A DNA stretch of 64,000 nucleotides from an uncultured Leptospiraceae bacterium (lineage in GTDB: Bacteria; Spirochaetota; UBA4802; UB4802): assembly GCA_964629365.1 (NCBI GenBank), contig CAZVRB010000004.1, positions 18,827-82,826 of the forward strand, written 5' to 3'. This document shows positions 19,285 through 29,461 of the stretch, piece after piece (position 1 is the first letter of the stretch; each line of letters starts with the position of its first letter). Position numbers and translations under genes: made by a program. The notes under the pieces are model-generated. The model was not told where the DNA came from. It ran no database searches and was given only the letters and a program-made list of their open reading frames with translations.

Positions 19285-20651
19285 GACAACTCCTCTTTTT
19301 TTCTTTCTTCCAGAACCGCCCTGATCTCATCAAAACGTTCACGGGTAATGGGCAGTGCCTTTACAAAGAGCGCCGATATGAGGAAGAATACTCCCGGCCC
19401 CACACCCATCAACAACCGTATGGCTACCAGGGCTGATTCAGGCTGAGACGCAGCGCTATTCTCGATATACCCGAATACTCCAAGAAGGGTGGATGCCAGG
19501 GCAATGGCAACCGCCGAAGCCACCTTGTAAAGAAAAGTGGTTACCCCGTAGAAGGCTCCTTCACGTCGCACCCCGTTGTGATATTCATCAAATTCAATCA
19601 CGTCAGGTATGATAGACCATGGTATTATCTGCGACGCGGAAATTCCAAATCCTGCCAGCACACCAATGCCTATCACAAAGTGCAGGTTTCCAACGGGAGC
19701 CACAAGACTCAAAAGCAGGGCAAGGGCAAAATAGACTGCTGCAATCATGTATGCCCGCCGCTTACCGAATTTTTCTCCAAGCATAACCCATAGTGGTGCT
19801 GCCAATACCGCAACCACCAGTGGTATTCCCATCACTACGAAGGTCATGTCTTCAGAAATATGAATTACATCCTTCAGAAAAAATATGAAAATTGCCTGTA
19901 TAAGATCAAACCCGATCATATTGAACAGGAACATTCCCAGCACTATCCTGAACTCGTACAATTTCATAATCGAAGTGAAAGTTTCAATTATACCACCGGT
20001 AACCTGTTTCAGCGGCTTAACCCTTTCTTTTGTACCTGCAAAAGTAATAAAAAAAGATACAATGGCAATAATACCAAACAGCCCCCCCATTATGGGATAG
20101 CTCTCCAGGTAACGGTCATGGCCGCCGAATATCACGTCAACGATGAGGGCAACACCTACCGCTGCCACAAGATTCCCCACGAATGACATACCCATTCTGA
20201 AACCTGATATGCTTGTTCTCTCATCGTAATTCTGGGACATTTCTGGCATCAGTGCGCCGTATGGTACCGCAACCACGGTAAATGCCGTGTTGAAGATAAT
20301 AGTGATGAGTACGTAATAGATAATCAGGTACAGGTCACTTTCAAAAGGAACCAGCCACAAAAGGAAAAAGGCAATACCAAAAGGTATACTGCCGAAAAGG
20401 ATGTATGGCCGCCTTCTCCCAAACCTTGTATCTGTTCTGTCAGAGATCATTCCCATCAGGTAATCGGTTATGGCATCCCACGCACGGGCAATGAGGAAAA
20501 TAACCCCTGCCCAGTAGGCCGGTAAACCAGCCACGTTCACCAGGAAAAATATGAAGTAAAACCCTATGGTTGTATACGCGATGTTTATTGCAAAATCGCC
20601 CAGGCCATATGCCATCTTCTCCCGTACCGGTACAACATACCCTTCTTTCAT
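19281..20651 (-). CDS. MFS transporter, glycoside-pentoside-hexuronide (GPH):cation symporter family
   Basis: YGLGDFAINIAYTTIGFYFIFFL ... DRTDTRFGRRRPYIL GPH signature, about 12 TM helices. Confidence 0.8.
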   Translation of the reverse strand: MKEGYVVPVREKMAYGLGDFAINIAYTTIGFYFIFFLVNVAGLPAYWAGVIFLIARAWDAITDYLMGMISDRTDTRFGRRRPYILFGSIPFGIAFFLLWLVPFESDLYLIIYYVLITIIFNTAFTVVAVPYGALMPEMSQNYDERTSISGFRMGMSFVGNLVAAVGVALIVDVIFGGHDRYLESYPIMGGLFGIIAIVSFFITFAGTKERVKPLKQVTGGIIETFTSIMKLYEFRIVLGMFLFNMIGFDLIQAIFIFFLKDVIHISEDMTFVVMGIPLVVAVLAAPLWVMLGEKFGKRRAYMIAAVYFALALLLSLVAPVGNLHFVIGIGVLAGFGISASQIIPWSIIPDVIEFDEYHNGVRREGAFYGVTTFLYKVASAVAIALASTLLGVFGYIENSAASQPESALVAIRLLMGVGPGVFFLISALFVKALPITRERFDEIRAVLEERKKEELS

Positions 20652-22084
20652 AATCCCCTCCCTTGCTCCTGCCTGTTTTTCTGTGACTTGATAAAATCCA
20701 TGTACCAGAGCCCACTGTCCTTGATGGTTCTTTCCAGTGTTTCATAATTTACGTACACGATGCCAAACCTCTTGGTAAATCCAACTGACCACTCAAAGTT
20801 ATCCAGCAATGACCATACGAAATAGCCCCTCACATCGGCCCCATCCTGCAGGGCTCGTGCAATCATGTGCAGGTATCCATTAATGAATTGTACCCGTTTC
20901 TCATCAGGAACCCTGCCATTAACCGGTGGAACATCGTCAAATGCAGCACCGTTCTCAGTGACCAGCACAGGCGGGTTCCCATACTCATTTTTCAGTCGCA
21001 TCAGTACATCGTACATACCCCTGGGAAACACTTCCCACCCCATGCTGGTATATTGCCTTCCATTTTCCTCGTACTCGGTTTCCGCGATGTCTCCCCCGGT
21101 CATCCATGTGTGCAGCAGGGGTATATACCAGACATGATAAGCAAATTCACGGGTGTAGTTATTCACCCCAAGAAAATCTATACCGGTTGTTATATAATTC
21201 CAATCCTGTTCTTCCACCTTCGGCTTGAACCATCGAAGTGTATGAAAGAGTTTTTCAGGGTAACTGCCCCTTAACAGGGGGTCAAGTGTTACCCGGTTCA
21301 TGAACTGATCAGCAAGGTCGGCTGCATTCATATCCTTCTCAGATTCAGTCCGGGGATGCACCGGCATGAGATTCAGGGTAATCCCCACGTTACTCTCAGG
21401 ACGAACTGCCTTTATCGACTGGACAGCCTTGCCATGTCCAAGAAGCAGATGATGCACTACCTTTAAGTATTCCCATACCCGTTTGTGTCCCGGCGCGTGT
21501 TCACCAAGAAAATGTCCATTGGAGGCATAATCCTGTGGTTCGTTAAGGGTTATCCAGTTATCTGCCCTGTCACCCAGTTCTTTTGCCACTATGGCAGCAT
21601 AGTCTGCAAAATAATCACTGCATTGCCGGTTATAAAATCCTCCGAATTTTTCCTGTAAAGACAGTGGCAGGTCCCAGTGGAAAAGGGTCACATACGGAGT
21701 TATATCATGTTCAAGCAATGAATCCAATAGTTTTTTATAAAAATCAAGCCCACTGTGGTTTATCCTTCCCTTACCCTCCGGTAACACCCGGGACCACGAA
21801 ATAGAAAACCGGTAGGCGTCAAGATTCAGCCTTTTCATTATTGCAACATCTTCAGAATACCGATGATAATGGTCACAGGCAACATCACCGGTTGAACCGT
21901 CACGAATGGTTCCCTTTTTATGGGCAAAACTGTCCCATATCGACTTCCCCCTGCCGTCCTCATTCCAGGCACCTTCAACCTGGTAGGCCGCCGTAGCAGC
22001 ACCATAGATAAAATTTCCTGGTAAATCCACTTTCATCATATCTGCCTCCATGGAAATATCACATACGAGTGACTGATCAGTCAT
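20648..22084 (-). CDS. bglA: GH1 beta-glucosidase
   Basis: NFIYGAATAAYQVEGA start plus ITLNEPQ and LVTENGAAF catalytic Glu motifs. ATGA overlap with the symporter gene. Confidence 0.9.
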   Translation of the reverse strand: MTDQSLVCDISMEADMMKVDLPGNFIYGAATAAYQVEGAWNEDGRGKSIWDSFAHKKGTIRDGSTGDVACDHYHRYSEDVAIMKRLNLDAYRFSISWSRVLPEGKGRINHSGLDFYKKLLDSLLEHDITPYVTLFHWDLPLSLQEKFGGFYNRQCSDYFADYAAIVAKELGDRADNWITLNEPQDYASNGHFLGEHAPGHKRVWEYLKVVHHLLLGHGKAVQSIKAVRPESNVGITLNLMPVHPRTESEKDMNAADLADQFMNRVTLDPLLRGSYPEKLFHTLRWFKPKVEEQDWNYITTGIDFLGVNNYTREFAYHVWYIPLLHTWMTGGDIAETEYEENGRQYTSMGWEVFPRGMYDVLMRLKNEYGNPPVLVTENGAAFDDVPPVNGRVPDEKRVQFINGYLHMIARALQDGADVRGYFVWSLLDNFEWSVGFTKRFGIVYVNYETLERTIKDSGLWYMDFIKSQKNRQEQGRGL

Positions 22085-22138
22085 TTATAGCAAGAACACC
22101 TTTATATGTCAATACATTCTCACCAGTGTATACACTAA

Positions 22139-22783
22139 TTACCCCTGAAGCATTCCCCGAATTACCGTCATTATTTTTTCAACTATCATTTCAGTTGGGA
22201 TATCACCGAAATGCATATACAGTTTTTCTTTCTCGTGATTTGAGATATATGACTTCATCAATGTCCCCACGATGCCATCCACACAAAAGGCAGCGGCAGC
22301 GGCATCGATTCGGTCACTTATACTTCCCTCATCAATCCCCTGCTTTATAATATCCTTCCAGAATGTGATACCTTCTTTTTCCAAAACCAGCGTATCCTCT
22401 GAAAACCTGGCGTTATATTCGAAACTGAGTTCAAGCCATATTGAAATACTATCCGGGTCCGTAACCGCAATCGCAAGAGAGGTGGATAGAATTCTTTCAA
22501 TGTTTTCAAACACGTCCAGGGTTTTCTCCTCACTTCCTGAAAACGCCTGTCTCTGAACCTGGTGACCTCTCTGTATGATTGTTCGTATAAGATCATCCTT
22601 TGAGGCAAAATACGTATACATGGAGCCATGTGATATCCCCGCCTTTTTGGCAATATCATCAATACGGGTATCTGAAAGTCCTCTTCGCCTGAACTCTTCA
22701 AGGGAAAGGCGCAGAATCCGTTCACTTTTCTCTCCCGGTATCTTTTCAAATGTTTCACTGTAATATTTTTTCATGTGTATCAA
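22139..22783 (-). CDS. TetR/AcrR-family transcriptional regulator
   Basis: N-terminal HTH ILRLSLEEFRRRGLSDTRIDDIAKKAGISHGSMYTYF. Confidence 0.8.
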   Translation of the reverse strand: MIHMKKYYSETFEKIPGEKSERILRLSLEEFRRRGLSDTRIDDIAKKAGISHGSMYTYFASKDDLIRTIIQRGHQVQRQAFSGSEEKTLDVFENIERILSTSLAIAVTDPDSISIWLELSFEYNARFSEDTLVLEKEGITFWKDIIKQGIDEGSISDRIDAAAAAFCVDGIVGTLMKSYISNHEKEKLYMHFGDIPTEMIVEKIMTVIRGMLQG

Positions 22784-22926
22784 TCCAGTCTTTTTTTATA
22801 TCAAAAACCATATATTGCACTGTGTATTGTTCTGCATCATTGAATTGCTGATATCAAGTAAAATATTACTTTAACTGGTTTACAAATATCTTGACAGTGT
22901 AGTGTTTCAGGGTAGATATTTTATAC

Positions 22927-24726
22927 ATGATCCGGCATATTCTTACATCAGGGCGGAGTGTGTTTTGCCTGGTAATCGTGCTTACATGTCTATCACTCAT
23001 ACAATGCGGCAGGGGAACCCATCCCCCCGACAACCTGCCACGTGGTGCCGCATGGCCGCTTGAACTGCCACGCAGGCTATCCGGAACCCTGGGTGAGATA
23101 CGGGGCACATCAATGCATTATGGCATAGATGTGAAGACAAACGGTAGAAATGGATACAGGGTGAATGCCATTGCCGACGGGGAAATTCAGTCACTGATAT
23201 CAAAACCATGGGGATACGGGAAAGGGATATACCTGCGCCATAATGATGAATACATGTCAGTATATGGCCATCTTGATGCGTTTGAGAACCAGTCTAACAA
23301 TCTCAATGACCTGGTTGCCCTGCTGCATGTATTATACCTTGATGAGTCCGTGTTCTTTTCGCCGCGAAATCACTCCCTGTATTTTGAAAAAGGTGACGCA
23401 ATAGCCTATACCGGGGAAACAGGATCAGGATATCCCCACCTGCACCTGGAATTAAGGAAGGGAGAGGAGTATCTCAATCCTTCAGTCATCTTTCCAGCCG
23501 ATGATGACAAGGCACCCGTCATCACCGCGATCTTTCTATGCAGGGAGAAGGGCAACACCACAATTGAAGAAACCATGTTAAAATTAACACCCAAAAAGCA
23601 GAAAAAAGAAAACAGGGTTATTACCACCTCACCCGTCACCCTGATCCCAGGAGAAAAGTATTTCTTCAAGCTGTCATGCTATGACAGTGTTAACGCCAGA
23701 AATCCGGTAGTACCCTATACAATATCATACTCCATTAACAACACCCGCCAGTTCTCCATACAGTTTGACCGGCTGACAAAAAAAGATCTATATTACGGAT
23801 CCATGATATACGATATTTCCCGGTCAACAATACACGGCAAGCCCTCATACACCTATTTTTTATGCAGAAGGACAGGGAACAATGCCGCCTGCGTCAACAC
23901 ATCAGACAAGAACGGTTATCTCGATGCAAATAATGGGGGTCAAACTGCCGAGTTTCGAGTTTCAGATCTCGGGGGCAATGTTACCATCGCACAAATTCCC
24001 ATTACCAGGTCAAAAAAATCAAAAGCAGCAATGCCGGGTAAAAACTGGAAATGGATTTCACGCAATACATCAAAAAAAATAGTGACCAGTGATAAATCCT
24101 GTTCCGTTGAAATGCCCGCCTATGCCCTTCCCTCCTCTTCTTTCATTTCTCTGGAAAGGGTGCAAAGCAGCAAAACTCTTGCTTCGGTTAAGAAATCGGC
24201 ACGGGGAACACGTCTTTTCAGTGTGTACAACCTGAAACCGCACGATGGACTTCTCCGCAAAAAAGCAACCATCATGATGAAAGCACCCGGTGGAATGAAT
24301 CCCAGGGTGCTGAAAAAAATTACTATCTGCCAGTTCTATCCCGGGAAAAAACCGAGGAAACTGCGTACAACCTACGATAAAAGTAATAACGTTTTCACGG
24401 CAAAGACACGTAAGACCGGTTACTTCGCCCTGCTGATGGATTATTCTCCACCATCCATCTATCTCCCCCCTGTTCACGAGATGATCAACCAGGATAACGG
24501 GATAACACATGTGAGAATCCACGCGGTGGACAATCTTACCGGTATCAACACATACAGGCTTACCTGTTTTTTAAACGGAGAAGCAGCCTCCTTCACTTAC
24601 GATCATGACCGCAAGTGGATAGACATACTTGTCCCCCCCGGAAAAAGCCGGATACATCACCTGCTCATCAAGTGTCCGGATTACGCCGGCAACTGGCGGG
24701 TATATCGAAACCTGGTGAATTTTTAA
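22927..24726 (+). CDS. M23 family metallopeptidase with long C-terminal extension of unknown function
   Basis: HYGIDV...GHLD...GETGSGYPHLHLELR M23 motifs in the first 200 aa, signal/TM at the N-terminus, and about 400 aa of unassigned sequence after it. Confidence 0.75.
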   Translation: MIRHILTSGRSVFCLVIVLTCLSLIQCGRGTHPPDNLPRGAAWPLELPRRLSGTLGEIRGTSMHYGIDVKTNGRNGYRVNAIADGEIQSLISKPWGYGKGIYLRHNDEYMSVYGHLDAFENQSNNLNDLVALLHVLYLDESVFFSPRNHSLYFEKGDAIAYTGETGSGYPHLHLELRKGEEYLNPSVIFPADDDKAPVITAIFLCREKGNTTIEETMLKLTPKKQKKENRVITTSPVTLIPGEKYFFKLSCYDSVNARNPVVPYTISYSINNTRQFSIQFDRLTKKDLYYGSMIYDISRSTIHGKPSYTYFLCRRTGNNAACVNTSDKNGYLDANNGGQTAEFRVSDLGGNVTIAQIPITRSKKSKAAMPGKNWKWISRNTSKKIVTSDKSCSVEMPAYALPSSSFISLERVQSSKTLASVKKSARGTRLFSVYNLKPHDGLLRKKATIMMKAPGGMNPRVLKKITICQFYPGKKPRKLRTTYDKSNNVFTAKTRKTGYFALLMDYSPPSIYLPPVHEMINQDNGITHVRIHAVDNLTGINTYRLTCFLNGEAASFTYDHDRKWIDILVPPGKSRIHHLLIKCPDYAGNWRVYRNLVNF

Positions 24727-24737
24727 TAACCTGTAAT

Positions 24738-25259
24738 CTATTTCCTGTTACGCTTAAAAATATATGGCAGGATGAAAGGGGTTTCCTGCTTGTACCGGGT
24801 ATACTCTTCACCGAAACGTTTCTCAAGCTCCCTCTCTTCAACAATTTTATCATACAACAAATGTAACGATGAAATCACCACAGCGATGACCAGTGCCGAT
24901 ATCGACCACAGGGCAATTGCCGCACCCAAAAGCATGAGAATCACACCCAGGGCCATTGGATTCCGACAATACCTGTATGGTCCCCTGACCACAAGCTTTA
25001 CGGCAGGCAAGAGGGGGACGGGGGTGCCCTCTCCTATAGCATATTGGGCATAGATTGACCATAACGCTATCCAGATACCGGCAAGCAGGACAAACACTCC
25101 AGGAACCAGCCGGTAAAGATCATCTATTTCCGTGTATATGCTGTATTCAGGATGGAAAAAAATAGTAGCTCCAAGCATAACCAGCGGCAGCACCACTGCC
25201 CAGGCAATTATTCCCGTGGCAATTACACCCAGTTTTATAAATTTTTTTTCCATATTCAA
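24738..25259 (-). CDS. isoprenylcysteine carboxyl methyltransferase (ICMT/PEMT)-family membrane methyltransferase
   Basis: Multi-TM protein with the YRYCRNPMALGVILMLLG and EERELEKRFGEEY C-terminal signature. Confidence 0.65.
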   Translation of the reverse strand: MNMEKKFIKLGVIATGIIAWAVVLPLVMLGATIFFHPEYSIYTEIDDLYRLVPGVFVLLAGIWIALWSIYAQYAIGEGTPVPLLPAVKLVVRGPYRYCRNPMALGVILMLLGAAIALWSISALVIAVVISSLHLLYDKIVEERELEKRFGEEYTRYKQETPFILPYIFKRNRK

Positions 25260-25958
25260 TTATTTCTGTAAAAAGGAGTCCGGATCAAGAGTTTTTTCTC
25301 CTTTCCGGATTTCAAAATGCAGATGGGGACCGGTTGCCCGCCCGGTGGCACCAACTGTACCAATTACTTCCCCACGTGTAACCTTATTACCTTTTTTCGC
25401 GTATCGTTTATCCAGATGCCCATAATAGCTGACCAGGTTATCAGCATGTTGAATAACTACCAGGTTTCCATAACCATTATTATAGTAGGCAGATTTCCGC
25501 ACTACACCTGATGCAGTTGCCTTTACCGGCGTTCCCCGTGGTGCCGCGATATCAATACCCTTATGAAATGAAGATTTTTTTTTGGTTATGGGATCTACCC
25601 GGTAACCATAATCGCTGGTACGTGTTCCACTTGCAGGTGAAATAAAATTTTTAGACTCCAGCTTATCCACATCATCCACCTTTTCTGGTGATACGGGTGA
25701 AATCATCTTACCTGGTATCGATTCACCTAGGCCGTCATTTATTTCTTTCATAAATGCGTCAAGTTCTTTCAGTATTTTCTGTTTTCTCTCAAGATCTGAA
25801 GAATGCTGCTTGTCCACACGATCCCTGTCCGCTGTTTTCTGATCAGTATACCTGTTATCCCCATTAGCCGCGTATGCAGTCAGCAGGAAGATTAGACTTA
25901 CGGTCCACAATTTTTTCATTCTCCACTCCACCTGGCCCTTAATTAAATCATTACCCAA
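25260..25958 (-). CDS. M23 family peptidase (secreted)
   Basis: Signal peptide. HKGIDIAAPRGTPV...GHLD...GATGRATGPHLHFEIR motifs. Abuts the ICMT gene and overlaps the kinase gene by 8 nt. Confidence 0.8.
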   Translation of the reverse strand: MGNDLIKGQVEWRMKKLWTVSLIFLLTAYAANGDNRYTDQKTADRDRVDKQHSSDLERKQKILKELDAFMKEINDGLGESIPGKMISPVSPEKVDDVDKLESKNFISPASGTRTSDYGYRVDPITKKKSSFHKGIDIAAPRGTPVKATASGVVRKSAYYNNGYGNLVVIQHADNLVSYYGHLDKRYAKKGNKVTRGEVIGTVGATGRATGPHLHFEIRKGEKTLDPDSFLQK

Positions 25959-28900
25959 GAACCCTGTTCAGCACCTTGGTAATATCACTCAGCCTGAAAG
26001 GTTTGGTTATCACATCTTTAAAACCATACGCACGGTGATTTGCCATAATCGGGTCATTAGAATACCCGCTGGAAACGATGGCATTTATATCCGGATCAAT
26101 TTTCAAAAGTTCCCCTACTGCCTCTTTGCCCCCCATCCCTCCGGGAATGGTGAGATCCATTATCACTGCCCCGAAAGGATTATTTTCCTGCCGTGCTTTC
26201 TTATATTCATCGATGGCTTCTTCGCCAGTCTTAACACATTTTACTTCATATCCCAGGTACTCGAGCATATGGCTTGATACGTCACATATATATTCCTCGT
26301 CATCCATGATCAGAACTCTTCCGCTTTGCTGCGTGTTTACCTGGTATACATCGTCACTCTTTTTAACATCCTGCGAGGATGCCCTCAGATATATTCTGAA
26401 TGTTGTACCTCCATCCTCCTGTGATTCAACCTTTATGTGGCCACCATGTCTTTTAATTATTGAATAACTGCTGGCAAGTCCCAGTCCTGTTCCGTAATCT
26501 TTTGTAGTAAAATAAGGATCAAAAATTTTATTCAGTATCTTCTTTGGAATACCCGGACCTTCATCTTCAATTGAGAATGTGACGTATTTACCTTCAGGCA
26601 AAGGAACATCGAGTTTACCCTCATAATTCCTGGCCACAATGTAGATCGTACCACCCTCAGGCATGGCCTGCATCGCGTTAATTATTATATTATTCAACAC
26701 CTGGCTAATCTGTCCTGTATCAATATCAACAGACCATAAACCGTCTTGTATGTCAAATTCGCAATTGACACCCGATCCGGCAAGAATGAAGCTTACTGTT
26801 TCCCTGATCAGGTCAACAATTGAAGTTATTTCCTTGATTGGCTCTCCTCCTTTCGCGAAGGCCAGCAACTGGCGTGTCAGGTCTACCGCCCGCTGGGCCG
26901 CCTGTTCAATTTTTTGGAGAATGGGGAATGGCTCTGAATCATCCGTCATCTTTATCTTGGCAAGGGAAAGATTACCCAGGATGGCTGTTAAGAGGTTATT
27001 AAAATCATGGGCAATCCCCCCCGCAAGCACGGATAACGACTCAAGTTTGCTCATTTTCAAGATTTCCTGCTCAAACTGATGCTTGTCCGTAACATCACGA
27101 ATTGCCAGCACAACACCGCTCATCTCCTCTTTCTCCATCCTGATAGGGGCACCGTTAAGCTCAACGATCCGTTGATTGCCTGACATGGTAACAAGGGTCA
27201 GCGGTATTCCAATCATGTCAAGTTCTCCATACGCCATCACCTGTGTTACAGGATCCGGGTAATCTTCACTTGTGTTCAGATAACGCAGAAACAGCACTTC
27301 ACTCATTTTTTTACCTTCTGCGTCTTTTTGCGAAATACCGATCAATTCTTCTGCCACCCTGTTGATCAATAGAATTGTTCCCCGTATATCAGTGGTTATA
27401 ACTGCATCACCTATAGATCGTAACATTGCACCAAGCTGTTCTTTTTCTCTTTCCGCTGTTTCGTTTGCTTCAATCAGTTCATTATGGGTACTTAACAATT
27501 CTTCATTAATAGCCTCAAGTTCTTCATACTGGGACTGGATCTCTGAATACTGCTGTTGTATTGTGGAATGGGCCTTCGTCAACTGGCTGATGTCTGTGAT
27601 AATTGCCAGTGTACCCATACGTTCCCCAAGTGTAATTGGAACGGCTGAGATGTGCACCTGTTTTACATCTCCTTCAGATGTACACATCTGGGCCTCGTAA
27701 TGAGTGGGAACATCCTTTTCCCCTTTCATACGGGACCTGTAATTTTCTAATACTATTTTACCACGCTCCGTATCAGGTACCAGGTCGCTAAGCGATTTCG
27801 CATAAAAATCATCCTCTGAATAATTCAGCATGGACAGCATGGCAGAATTTACAAATGCAGGTTTTTCATCAATAACCACGATAATTCCGTCATGCGCGTT
27901 TTCTACCAGTGACCTGTATTTGGATTCAGATTCTTTCAAAGCTGCGATTGCAAATTCTCTCTCTCTTCTAATAGTATTGATCTTGTCAGCGATTCCAAGT
28001 GAAAACAGGAGCACCATTATTGACGACCCGATCTGGTAACCCCATTCAGTGAGAAATATGTCAGGAAGCACAGCATACACCCTCAGTGACAACAAGAGTG
28101 CCCCCAGTATAAAACTTACCGACGCGATCATATAAAAAACAGCAGGGCGGTGTTTCTTGAACAGCTGATGAAAACCGATAACCAGTAAAAGAACAGCTGC
28201 TGCCATGGCATGCAACACGGATGCCTGTGTACCATAATAATACCCGATTACCAGCACGGCTCCCATTCCAATTATGCCTATGTATAACAACAGCTTCAAC
28301 AGCCTGTCCAGAAAGGGCTGCAAAGTGGATGTATTTAAAAATGACCTTGTAAACAATGTAATACTTACCATAACCAGGAATACCGAGAAAGGGTGGGCCT
28401 TGTTTGCCCACCAGGTATTTCCCGGCCAGAGATACTTAAAGGCCAGGCCGTTGTTCACCATTGAAAAAATAAAAATACCGATTATAAAGAACACAAGATA
28501 AAGATAACTACGTTCACGTATGGAAAAGAAAATGAACAGGTTATAAAATAACAAGGCCGCCATAATGCCATAATACAACCAGAGAATGGGCAACTCCCTG
28601 AATTTACTTCGGAACAGTGCATCCCGGGACCATGCGGTTAGTGGTACCACCAGGGATCCCTGTGAACGTACGCGAAGATAGTATGTCCTTTTTCCGGCAG
28701 GCTCAACGAGAGGAAATACATAATTTCTGTACAGGGGCTCCGGCCTTGAATAAAAATCAAAGGTATCACCGGTGCGAATCGTTCTATAACCGGTTTTTTC
28801 GGGTATGAACAGGGTTATATCATCAATAATTGGGTATCCAAACTCCAGGTGCCATTTAAGCGGTTTTCCAGTAACATTATCTACCGTAAAACGAATCCAG

Positions 28901-29187
28901 AGAGCTTCCTCAGAGTAGCCGAATGAAGGATGTGCTGCAGCAATATGGGCAAATTGATACTGGTCACCACCAGAAGATATTTCATTTATTTTTACAGAGG
29001 AATCAACACCTTCCACATATTCAATATACTGATCCAATTCAATTTTTGAAAGATCAGCATCCAGAATAACCGTGTGTTCATTTCCAGCATGAAGATATTG
29101 ATACGATGAAAGTATCAGTATTGTGGTGATCAATGATATTTTATATAAATATTTCAATGCCATTATGTAATTACTCATCACCATCAA
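25951..29187 (-). CDS. 7TMR-DISM hybrid sensor histidine kinase/response regulator with PAS domains
   Basis: N-terminal DISMED2 plus 7TM, PAS, HisKA (HDFNNLLTAILG), HATPase_c (GTGLGL) and a C-terminal REC (LIMDDEEYI...DLTIPGGMGG). Confidence 0.85.
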   Translation of the reverse strand: MMVMSNYIMALKYLYKISLITTILILSSYQYLHAGNEHTVILDADLSKIELDQYIEYVEGVDSSVKINEISSGGDQYQFAHIAAAHPSFGYSEEALWIRFTVDNVTGKPLKWHLEFGYPIIDDITLFIPEKTGYRTIRTGDTFDFYSRPEPLYRNYVFPLVEPAGKRTYYLRVRSQGSLVVPLTAWSRDALFRSKFRELPILWLYYGIMAALLFYNLFIFFSIRERSYLYLVFFIIGIFIFSMVNNGLAFKYLWPGNTWWANKAHPFSVFLVMVSITLFTRSFLNTSTLQPFLDRLLKLLLYIGIIGMGAVLVIGYYYGTQASVLHAMAAAVLLLVIGFHQLFKKHRPAVFYMIASVSFILGALLLSLRVYAVLPDIFLTEWGYQIGSSIMVLLFSLGIADKINTIRREREFAIAALKESESKYRSLVENAHDGIIVVIDEKPAFVNSAMLSMLNYSEDDFYAKSLSDLVPDTERGKIVLENYRSRMKGEKDVPTHYEAQMCTSEGDVKQVHISAVPITLGERMGTLAIITDISQLTKAHSTIQQQYSEIQSQYEELEAINEELLSTHNELIEANETAEREKEQLGAMLRSIGDAVITTDIRGTILLINRVAEELIGISQKDAEGKKMSEVLFLRYLNTSEDYPDPVTQVMAYGELDMIGIPLTLVTMSGNQRIVELNGAPIRMEKEEMSGVVLAIRDVTDKHQFEQEILKMSKLESLSVLAGGIAHDFNNLLTAILGNLSLAKIKMTDDSEPFPILQKIEQAAQRAVDLTRQLLAFAKGGEPIKEITSIVDLIRETVSFILAGSGVNCEFDIQDGLWSVDIDTGQISQVLNNIIINAMQAMPEGGTIYIVARNYEGKLDVPLPEGKYVTFSIEDEGPGIPKKILNKIFDPYFTTKDYGTGLGLASSYSIIKRHGGHIKVESQEDGGTTFRIYLRASSQDVKKSDDVYQVNTQQSGRVLIMDDEEYICDVSSHMLEYLGYEVKCVKTGEEAIDEYKKARQENNPFGAVIMDLTIPGGMGGKEAVGELLKIDPDINAIVSSGYSNDPIMANHRAYGFKDVITKPFRLSDITKVLNRVLG

Positions 29188-29361
29188 ATAGTATACTAAT
29201 TCTAATTACCAGAAAATCAGCTTACTATATACCATAGATCACAATTTTACAACAAAAAATATACACTGACCTTTCGCACATATTTAGATATCATTAATCG
29301 GCCAATTAATGATTGACTATGTCAATATTATATTCTCTCATACAATATAATCAACCTGAAA

Positions 29362-29434
<73 letters not shown>

Positions 29435-29461
29435 TGTTGAGTAATTGAACTTCTTATAATT

